Source: Arenicellales bacterium
GTDB lineage: Bacteria; Pseudomonadota; Gammaproteobacteria; Arenicellales; JAJDZL01
Direction: 5' to 3'
NCBI GenBank assembly: GCA_965205205.1
Contig: CBDBFX010000002.1
Span: 1,821,506 to 1,885,505, forward strand
Length of the DNA: 64,000 bases
The first letter of the stretch is position 1. Every line of letters begins with the position of its first letter. The notes under the pieces are model-generated. The model saw only the letters and a list, made by a program, of their open reading frames with translations. It was not told the origin of the DNA and searched no databases. A program made the translations under genes and the position numbers. Of this stretch, positions 47,901 to 56,922 are shown in pieces.

Positions 47901-48163
47901 ATCCGCATGCATCGGAGGAGACGGCGACGATTGAACTGGTGCGGTCGACTGAAGCCGAAAAACGGTCACAACTCAGACGACTGCACAAATTCCACGACCG
48001 CAACCGAGCCGAGGCGCCGGCGGCACTGAACGATCTGAGACTGGCTGTGCTGGAGGGGCGAAATGTGTTTGCGTCCCTAATGGTGGCTGTGCGCCATTGT
48101 TCTGTCGGTCAAATTACATCGGCTCTTTTCGAGGTTGGGGGGCAATACCGTCGCAACATGTAG
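44930..48163 (+). CDS. icmF: Fused isobutyryl-CoA mutase IcmF (B12-binding domain, MeaB-like GTPase, mutase domain)
   Basis: 1077 aa with an N-terminal B12 domain ([23 protein letters not shown]), a G-domain P-loop GTGGSGKSS, and a C-terminal methylmalonyl-CoA-mutase-like barrel. Confidence 0.9.
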   Translation: [1077 protein letters not shown]

Positions 48164-48256
48164 AGATGATCGACTGACCACTGATCGAATTGTCAGCGAT
48201 TATTATCTTGTTGTTCAGGAACCGCTCATGTCAATCCATCGATAGAGATTCGGTCG

Positions 48257-49015
48257 TTGCGCTCGCTTTTTGACCTGCAGGGCCAAGTTGTGGCAATCGC
48301 CGGTGCGGCCGGTGCCTTCGGTTCCGTCATCGCCGACGAACTGGCGGCCAGAGGATGCCGGCTTTCATTGCTTGACATCAATGCGGCTGGCCTTGAGAAG
48401 CTGTCCCATGACCTTGCATCGGTGCCGTCGGCTCACACTGTGGTGTTCGACGCCGCCCGGGAAAGCGAATGTGAGTCAGCTCTTAACGCATGTGCCGCGT
48501 ATTGGGGCCGTATCGATGCATTTGTCAACTGCGTCGGTCTGTTTGAGATTGTGCGGGCGACGGATATGACGCGCGAGGTTTTTTCTCGAGTGATTGAAAC
48601 GAATGTTAGCGCCGCACTGTCAATGAGTCGGTTTGCCGCCAAGCACATGATCCCCAACAGCTGTGGCACAATCGTCAACATCTCGTCAGTATCGGATGTG
48701 GTTGCCAATCCCGGCTACGCCGCCTACGCCGCCAGTAAATCAGCACTGACCCATCTGACTCGAGTGATGGCTGTTGACTGGGCTCCTTACTCGATCACCG
48801 TCAATGCCGTCAGCCCAGCCATGTGTGAGACATCGCTGACCGCCTCATTTCTTGCGCAGGATGGCAACCGGGAGCGCGTTCAGTCACAGATTCTGCTGAA
48901 TCGGCTGCTAGAGCCTAAAGACATACTGGGTGCTGTTATTCTGCTGCTGTCTCCAGGCGGCAGCTTTATCACCGGACAGGCCATTCATGTTGACGGCGGC
49001 AGAACGATCGCATGA
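48257..49015 (+). CDS. SDR-family oxidoreductase
   Basis: 252 aa with the glycine-rich VAIAGAAGAFGS and the catalytic YAASKSAL. The start codon is TTG. Confidence 0.75.
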   Translation: MRSLFDLQGQVVAIAGAAGAFGSVIADELAARGCRLSLLDINAAGLEKLSHDLASVPSAHTVVFDAARESECESALNACAAYWGRIDAFVNCVGLFEIVRATDMTREVFSRVIETNVSAALSMSRFAAKHMIPNSCGTIVNISSVSDVVANPGYAAYAASKSALTHLTRVMAVDWAPYSITVNAVSPAMCETSLTASFLAQDGNRERVQSQILLNRLLEPKDILGAVILLLSPGGSFITGQAIHVDGGRTIA

Positions 49016-50217
49016 ACCGGACCGATGAAATCATGCCGGGAATGCGACGGAATGTGCTGATTCTGTCACTATGCCAGGCATGCATGTATTCGTCAAACGC
49101 CGTATTGATCGCCTCGGCCGCACTTGTCGGCATGGTTTTGGCACCGAATCCGCTCTATGCGACCGTGCCGATTGGCGCGGTATTCCTGTTTGGAATGGGA
49201 TTCGCTCTGCCAGCCTCTCTGTTGATGAGATGGATGGGTCGACGGCGCGGATTTCAGCTCGGTCTTCTGTCTTCAATTCTTGGGGCCTTGGTTTCAGGCT
49301 ATGCAGTGGTACAGCACAGTTTCATCCTGTTCTGTTTCGGCATCGCAATGATTGGAATCGGCAATGCATTTGGCGGATTTTACCGGTTCGCGGCCGCCGA
49401 CGTAGCAACGGTAAGTTATCGCAGCCGGGCGATCTCATACGTTCTGGCAGGTAGCGTCGCCGCCGCTTTCATCGGTCCGAACCTAGTCACTCTGACCAAG
49501 AACTCGTTGGCTGGAGCGGCTTTCGCCGGCTCGTACTTTGCCCTGGCTGGGGTTTATGCCCTATCCTTGATTCTGGTTTCATTTCTACGCGTACCACAGG
49601 CGACCGAATCTGAACTTGACCACAAGAAGCGTCCCCTTTCCGTCATTGCCAAACAGCCTGAATTTCTACTCGCAGTAATCAGTGCAACTGTCGGGTACGG
49701 CGTGATGAATCTTCTGATGACATCAACTCCGCTTGCCATGGATATGCGCGGTCTGAGTTTCGGGCAGACCGCGCTGGTTATTCAATGGCATATATTCTCA
49801 ATGTTCGCTCCCTCTTTTTTCACCGGTCATCTAATCAGAATATTTGGCGACCTACGCGTGATCGCTATGGGATTGATGGCCCTGTTTCTGTCCATATCGG
49901 TAACCTTCGTCGTTGGAGACAGTTTTGCCGCTTTCTGCCTTGCTCTGATGCTCTTGGGACTTGGTTGGAATTTCACCTTCCTCGGTGGGACAACGCTCCT
50001 GACCAAAGTTTATCATCCGAGTGAGAAGGCAGTCGTTCAGGGCTTGAATGATCTTTGTGTTTTTTCCGTTGTAACGCTGACCGCGGTCATGTCAGGTGTG
50101 TTGCACCATGTCTGGGGCTGGCATGTGTTGAATGCTGGTGCCGCATTTCCGCTCTTATTGGTTGTTCTGATGTTGGTTTGGGTGAGAAGGACGCGCATTT
50201 CGGTGCCGGCGACATAG
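49012..50217 (+). CDS. MFS transporter
   Basis: 401 aa with about 12 predicted TM helices. The start overlaps the SDR stop (ATGA). Confidence 0.7.
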   Translation: MNRTDEIMPGMRRNVLILSLCQACMYSSNAVLIASAALVGMVLAPNPLYATVPIGAVFLFGMGFALPASLLMRWMGRRRGFQLGLLSSILGALVSGYAVVQHSFILFCFGIAMIGIGNAFGGFYRFAAADVATVSYRSRAISYVLAGSVAAAFIGPNLVTLTKNSLAGAAFAGSYFALAGVYALSLILVSFLRVPQATESELDHKKRPLSVIAKQPEFLLAVISATVGYGVMNLLMTSTPLAMDMRGLSFGQTALVIQWHIFSMFAPSFFTGHLIRIFGDLRVIAMGLMALFLSISVTFVVGDSFAAFCLALMLLGLGWNFTFLGGTTLLTKVYHPSEKAVVQGLNDLCVFSVVTLTAVMSGVLHHVWGWHVLNAGAAFPLLLVVLMLVWVRRTRISVPAT

Positions 50218-50228
50218 TGCTTCAGTCA

Positions 50229-51107
50229 TCAATTCGAGTACAAGTGGAACAGCGCGCTGTGATCAAGTCCGCCATGACCCGACTGGATCAGTTCTTCATA
50301 GCGATTGCGGCACAGTTGGGTAGATGGTAAGTCAATGCCAATGGCCGATGCATACTCGAGAGCCTGGTCCAAATCTTTTTTCTGAGTATCGGCTGTTCCG
50401 CCGGGCCGAAAATTGCGATCAATCATGCGTTTTCCGTGAAGTTCCAATACTCTCGAGCCGGCGAACCCACTTTCCAAAGCCTGCCAAACCCGATTCAGGT
50501 CCGCACCACCGGCTTTTGCAACAGCAAAGGCTTCGGCCACCGCGCTGATGGTCAATCCGACGATAATCTGATTGGCCGTTTTCGCTATCTGTCCGCAGCC
50601 GACGTTACCGATATGGGTTACCTGTCTGCCAAGTACCTGCAGAACTGGCAGTACGCGCCGCAGACTCGTTGCCGATGCACCGACCATGATTGAGAGTGTC
50701 CCTTCAATTGCGCCGACTTCCCCGCCTGATACGGGAGCATCGACGAATTCCACTGCGCGCGCGGTGAATCGCCGGGCGAAAATTCGGGTTGCCTGAACTT
50801 CGGTCGTGCCCATATCGATGACGACTGAACCGGTCCGGATGCCATGTACAACCCCCGAATCGCCGAACAGAACGGACTCCACCGCCGACGTGTCTGACAC
50901 CATACAAATCACAGAGTCTGCATCTTCTGCCGCCGAGGCTGGAGATCTGGCCACTGAAAAGCCTTCTTTTTCCAGTTCTTCCATTGCTGGTTCACTGCGA
51001 TTGAAAACGGTTACCTCAGCACCGGCATATTTCAGATTGCGAGCCATCGGTCTGCCCATCAGACCCAGTCCGATGAAACCGATTTTGGTATTGTGCAGGT
51101 GGGGCAT
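50229..51107 (-). CDS. NAD(P)-dependent 3-hydroxyisobutyrate dehydrogenase-family oxidoreductase
   Basis: 292 aa with the Rossmann N-terminus KIGFIGLGLMGRPMARNL and a 6-PGDH-like C-domain. It converges on the MFS gene with only an 11-nt gap. Confidence 0.7.
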   Translation of the reverse strand: MPHLHNTKIGFIGLGLMGRPMARNLKYAGAEVTVFNRSEPAMEELEKEGFSVARSPASAAEDADSVICMVSDTSAVESVLFGDSGVVHGIRTGSVVIDMGTTEVQATRIFARRFTARAVEFVDAPVSGGEVGAIEGTLSIMVGASATSLRRVLPVLQVLGRQVTHIGNVGCGQIAKTANQIIVGLTISAVAEAFAVAKAGGADLNRVWQALESGFAGSRVLELHGKRMIDRNFRPGGTADTQKKDLDQALEYASAIGIDLPSTQLCRNRYEELIQSGHGGLDHSALFHLYSN

Positions 51108-51164
51108 TAGATTTCTCCATTGACTGACTGTGGTTCAAGATAGTTTACGTTCTCTACAGGATAA

Positions 51165-52298
<1,134 letters not shown>

Positions 52299-52612
52299 TA
52301 CCGGAATCCGGATGGCTCGTTGGTAACGACACAAAGGTTGACAAAGTTTAGCCACTCACGATTAATGGTTCTGCACCCAGAAGGTTCGAACAGATGTCCA
52401 CGGTCGACTTACCTGTCACATTGTCGCATGCCGAATTGCATGCTCATCATTCAACAGATCACTTTCTTCGTTTGAAGTGTGACGTAGTGACAGGGCGGTG
52501 GTAGCCGTCCGGCTGAGTTTAGGACCTCCTATACCAATCGGGGCCAATGGCGGACCCGCCCCAGGAAGTGTGCGGTCCCCGAAGCGGATCTGCCATCAAT
52601 CAGTGCGTTGAC

Positions 52613-55420
52613 TCAGAATCTGAAAGCCAGCGCCACACCCCCGCTGAGCGAACTGTTGCCACGACCGGCCGTGGTGTGGTAAATGGCGCCGGACAAAGTC
52701 GACCGACCTTCATTCCAGCTCTTCGAGCCACCGAATCCAAGACGGATCGAGGTCGGTCGGGTCTCGGTGCTGACCGTGTCCGATCTCAGGTCGCTGGACA
52801 CCGAGATGCTGCGCTTGGCATTGAAATCATGCATCAGACCCAGCGAACCGAACAGACTGCAGCAGTCGCCTCCGTCCGCACCATACTGGGTGTCGATCCG
52901 GACCTCGTAGCCGCCCTGCAGCCCGGACCCATCTTTCATGGCCACGGTCTCTTCCAGGGTCGCCGTTATTGCATTCTTAAATGCGTTGCCGGCGGTATTT
53001 GCTCGGTGCGTGTATGTGGTCCTGAAATCCTTCATTGACACCGACGTCCAGGCCAGCGAGCCGCGCTGCGTCACCGTCGCGTTGCCGAGTACCAGTTCCA
53101 TGGCGGCGCCGATGCCCAAAGCATAACTGGTGCCCTTGGTTTTGGCATTCACCGTAAACGGTGTCGCCTGTCCCGCGATCGTTTCCGAGGACTGCACCTT
53201 GATGTCATCATACTGGGTCACCCCCAGCCAGCCGTCCAGCACCCAGCCGCCAGCCTGGCGCTTCGCCACGCCGAAGCCGGCACCGATACCCGATGCCTCG
53301 ACCTGACCGCCACCGGTCACCTTGGCCCGACCCTGCCGATGATGGAGACCGGCCCGGTAGGAGAGGCCATTGTCACCGGGCAGGTCGGCGCCCACCGCAA
53401 AGCCGGCTGATGACAGCCGGTAGGAAACCGCCTCGCCCAGCGACTTTTTCAGCCGCCGATCACCACTGCCACCTTCCACGCGCACCCAGCCGGCGTTGCC
53501 GCCGCCTGCCCCTGCACCACCGTCAGCAGAAAACTGCATCGCTTCACCGTCCGGCTCAACCGAGGCATCGGGCGCCGACGGCACATAACGCTCCATCCCA
53601 CCGCTCAGGTCCCACAGCACCGACGGCAGGGACTGATAGACATTGCCTCGCTTGGAAACCTGACGTTGCCCGGTGGGCGCAGTCAGCTCGGTTGCCAGCT
53701 GACTCGTGAAATCCAGCGAGAAGACGCCGGCACTGCCCGGAACATCCGTGATTTGAGGCGTCAGTTCCAACTGGCGTTGCCAGTCGTTGTAAAATCCGCT
53801 CGGCACGTTTTCCAGCGTCAGCAACGGAATCTTGGTGCCATGCGTTAGGGATTTATAAGTTGTCTCGCCAACCAGTTTGTATCGGAATTTGGTCTTGGCC
53901 TTGTTGCTCTCGATCTTCTGAATGCCCCGGAAATTTCCGTTCAGTAGAATCAGCAGATCCGTGGTCTGCGTGTCGTCCTGTTGGGAGATTTTCACCGACC
54001 GGCTATTCGTCCCTTCGGCGTGTGGCACCAGCCGGCCTTTGGCGTCAAGCCTGATCGTGCCGCCGCCCATCATATGCACCGCCGCACCGTTCTTACCGCC
54101 CCGGACCTCACCTTCGACAATGACCTGCTGATGGTACATACCGGCGATCGCCGCCTTCTTATCAATCAAATCCTTATCTTTAATGGCGTCAAAGGTTGTT
54201 GGTAGGGCGATGGTTTTGGGGGTGACATCGTCTAGGTTCCCAGCAGTCGTCAGCGGATTCGGATATTGATGCGTGCTGATGAAAATGCCGTGTTTGCCTT
54301 CGCCGGCCACCACCAGACCACCCGCCGCAACCGTTACCGCCACCTTGCCACTCCGGCCGCCGTCATAGACACCATCCACATCTTTTAGATACTCAGCATA
54401 AGTACGTCCTTCACTTAAGTTTGTATGTTCATCTTCTGTTAATTCCCCAAGTTTGTAATCTGACCACCGATGATCCACCCAGATGCCGTGCCCGTCCGCA
54501 TGCAGCTGGCCGGCATGCGTCACATTGATATCGCGGATAGTCGATTTCCCGGCGCCTTCAAGCATCACGAAAACACCATCCTTCTTCACCGGCTTATCAT
54601 CGGTGCCAATGCGCGCGCCAGCCTTGATATCCAATGTAACCCCTCCTTCGTAAGCCGCTTCCGAATTCTGACTGTGGATTTTAACACCGTGGCCAATGTC
54701 GCCACCGATCTGAGTCTCGCCATTCAACGTCATATCGATGCTGCCTCCATCTTTGGAATTCTCATAAATTTCAATGCCGTTCCGGTTCACATTCAAACCT
54801 TTCACCTGTCCGTTGAAATCGATTATGATATCGCTCTCGTTGTCTTCTGAACTGACCTTGACAGCAGCTCCAGAACCGGTCGTGCCTTTCATTGTGAATA
54901 CACCTTTCGGTATGTTCAGGATGATCGGAACTTTTTGAGGACCTACACCGGCTTGCTTTACGACTTGAGCAAGGATGCCATTGAGTAAGGCGGTATAATC
55001 GCCACTCGAGGTGATTTCAACCTTACTGTCTCCTGCCAGCTTTCCTTTCGCCTCCACCAGCAACCCGTAAGAAAATTCTTTATCAAGGTCGACCCCTTCC
55101 TGAACCGTCAGTTTCAAACCCTTGGTTTGATGGTTGACGGTATATTTAATTTCGGCGTTGTTAGCTCTATTACCTGCAGTAATAGAACCAGGGGCGCAGG
55201 TTACCGTCGGCGGTGTTACGGTTCGGTCCACTGGACCACACTCGTTCGCCGATGCCGTCGGCGGAGTCAGGATTAGAGTGGCCGCGAAGACGGCCGCGAA
55301 GTGGATAAGATTCGGGCGAGAGTGTTCACCCCCCCCCCTTTTCGAAATCAACCGATGCGGAACCGTTCCGTCGAATCCCCTTCCCAGTCCAGCACCAAGT
55401 GAATAATTTTGCCATATCAA
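52613..55420 (-). CDS. Autotransporter (type Va) with passenger domain and C-terminal beta-barrel
   Basis: 935 aa with a signal sequence (LIHFAAVFAATLILTPPTASA) and a Gly/Thr/Val-rich passenger. The C-terminal beta-barrel ends in the OMP signature GGVALAFRF. The ORF-track start is TTG, and start-codon choice is complicated by a G10 tract. Confidence 0.8.
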   Translation of the reverse strand: MIWQNYSLGAGLGRGFDGTVPHRLISKRGGGEHSRPNLIHFAAVFAATLILTPPTASANECGPVDRTVTPPTVTCAPGSITAGNRANNAEIKYTVNHQTKGLKLTVQEGVDLDKEFSYGLLVEAKGKLAGDSKVEITSSGDYTALLNGILAQVVKQAGVGPQKVPIILNIPKGVFTMKGTTGSGAAVKVSSEDNESDIIIDFNGQVKGLNVNRNGIEIYENSKDGGSIDMTLNGETQIGGDIGHGVKIHSQNSEAAYEGGVTLDIKAGARIGTDDKPVKKDGVFVMLEGAGKSTIRDINVTHAGQLHADGHGIWVDHRWSDYKLGELTEDEHTNLSEGRTYAEYLKDVDGVYDGGRSGKVAVTVAAGGLVVAGEGKHGIFISTHQYPNPLTTAGNLDDVTPKTIALPTTFDAIKDKDLIDKKAAIAGMYHQQVIVEGEVRGGKNGAAVHMMGGGTIRLDAKGRLVPHAEGTNSRSVKISQQDDTQTTDLLILLNGNFRGIQKIESNKAKTKFRYKLVGETTYKSLTHGTKIPLLTLENVPSGFYNDWQRQLELTPQITDVPGSAGVFSLDFTSQLATELTAPTGQRQVSKRGNVYQSLPSVLWDLSGGMERYVPSAPDASVEPDGEAMQFSADGGAGAGGGNAGWVRVEGGSGDRRLKKSLGEAVSYRLSSAGFAVGADLPGDNGLSYRAGLHHRQGRAKVTGGGQVEASGIGAGFGVAKRQAGGWVLDGWLGVTQYDDIKVQSSETIAGQATPFTVNAKTKGTSYALGIGAAMELVLGNATVTQRGSLAWTSVSMKDFRTTYTHRANTAGNAFKNAITATLEETVAMKDGSGLQGGYEVRIDTQYGADGGDCCSLFGSLGLMHDFNAKRSISVSSDLRSDTVSTETRPTSIRLGFGGSKSWNEGRSTLSGAIYHTTAGRGNSSLSGGVALAFRF
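55329..55338 (-). repeat. Homopolymeric G10 tract (C10 on the plus strand) in the 5' end of the autotransporter ORF
   Basis: The plus strand reads cac-CCCCCCCCCC-tttt. On the coding strand the tract encodes K-R-G-G-G (codons 27-31 of the TTG-initiated ORF). Confidence 0.95.
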
Positions 55421-56459
55421 TCATTGAATTTCCTCCGTCATCCATTAACGTATTGGCAGCTTACATGAAAAACTCAAAATAAGCTCAGAATCAAACCCCG
55501 CATTTTACTTGATTCAACTTTGTGTGAGGTAAAAATTACGAAAGGTAATTACATTGTCACCCATTTATCCATTCTGAGCAATTCAACTAGAGAACAATAT
55601 AATTGCATGGATTAAAGATGGGAATGGGCGTTTTTCAGACGCACCGGCTGTCGGTGGCGGAACACACTGTGGGTGACGGTCGAAGGCGATATCATTGGGT
55701 CCAGGTTGTCAGGCACCGCGGGGTGGGTGTGAACAGTCGTCGGTCGAGCCGCTACTGAACTTTATGAATGCTGTGGCAGGGGCATGTTCCGTTGCGGGAA
55801 TTGATTCTTATCAATTGTCGCTCAGAAGCCACAGCATGATCCAGAATGAATAGATTTAAGTGCGGTATGTTGTGAGGCCCCGGGATGGTGGCGAGGTGCG
55901 GTTGCTCATCAGGCGCGGAAGTTTCTTTGACCGTAGACTAGTGCGCCAGTTGCTTCGGCAGATGGCGAACCTGTGGGACGATGAAATTAAGAACGTCGTT
56001 CCGATGAAGGTTGGCGCGGCTGGACGGGCGCGAAGACGTATTTGGCCTTTCAGTAGGCAGGTATGTCTGCAGGGTACTGGCGTGTTTTCAGTTTCATCCA
56101 CCATGATTTCGGCGCGGTATTCGTGATTCTGCGCCATGACGGGGGTCGCGCGTGCCGGACCGGTCTGCCGCCAATTGATTGACGCGCCGGCACATCAACA
56201 TTAGATAACGTTACGGTCTACGGTATGCAGTGGATTCACGGCTGATTTCGCCTGTCAAAGGGAGCCAATCGAATTTGACTAGGCGACCGGTCATAATTTT
56301 TCGAACACAAAAGCGTGAAAACTTGGCATTGATTCAGATTCGCACAGATGACAGTGAGACTGCGAATTTAAAAAAATTACTTTAAACTCAAGGTGAGAAA
56401 CGGCGATAAAAGTGTTAAAATTTTACGCTTGTATCCAAATATGCAATGGGTGAAAACCA

Positions 56460-56900
56460 ATGAATTTTTTCATATCAGACGCGTTGGCGCAATCGGGTGG
56501 TGAAGCGGGTGGATTTCTGAGCCTCGTGCCGCTGATCCTAATTTTTGTTCTGTTTTATTTTCTGTTGATTCGTCCGCAGCAGAAACGTGCAAAAAAACAC
56601 AAGCAGCTGGTCGCTTCGTTAAAGGTTGGCGATGAAGTGGTGACCAGTGGTGGACTGGTCGGCAGGATTACCGTCCTGCAGGGAACGGAGGAAAAAGAAT
56701 CAGCCGGACAGGTTGTCAACTATGTTGGGATTGAACCGCAGCCCGGTTCACTGATGTTCGTGCAGCGCGATGCGGTTACGCATCTTCTGCCAGCTGATAC
56801 GATTAAGGAGTTTGAAGCCTGGGCCACCCGAAAGAAATCCAAAGGCAAACGCAAAAAAAAGCCGATCGCAGAAATTGAGGTTGCCACTGGTGAAGACTAA
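56460..56900 (+). CDS. yajC: Preprotein translocase subunit YajC (with a Lys-rich C-terminal extension)
   Basis: The block LVPLILIFVLFYFLLIRPQQKRAKKHKQLVASLKVGDEVVTSGGLVGRI is the YajC core. At 146 aa it is longer than the usual 110 or so. Confidence 0.85.
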   Translation: MNFFISDALAQSGGEAGGFLSLVPLILIFVLFYFLLIRPQQKRAKKHKQLVASLKVGDEVVTSGGLVGRITVLQGTEEKESAGQVVNYVGIEPQPGSLMFVQRDAVTHLLPADTIKEFEAWATRKKSKGKRKKKPIAEIEVATGED

Positions 56901-56922
56901 ACCGCATTCCATTCAGACATAG

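Noticed and set aside
47087-47908. 273-aa ORF antisense to icmF.
   Set aside because: icmF is unambiguous over this stretch. The antisense product has no features.
56845-56860. An A8 tract near the 3' end of yajC as a phase-variation site.
   Set aside because: It encodes part of a Lys-rich tail (KRKKKP) at the end of a housekeeping gene. No alternative-frame logic is evident.
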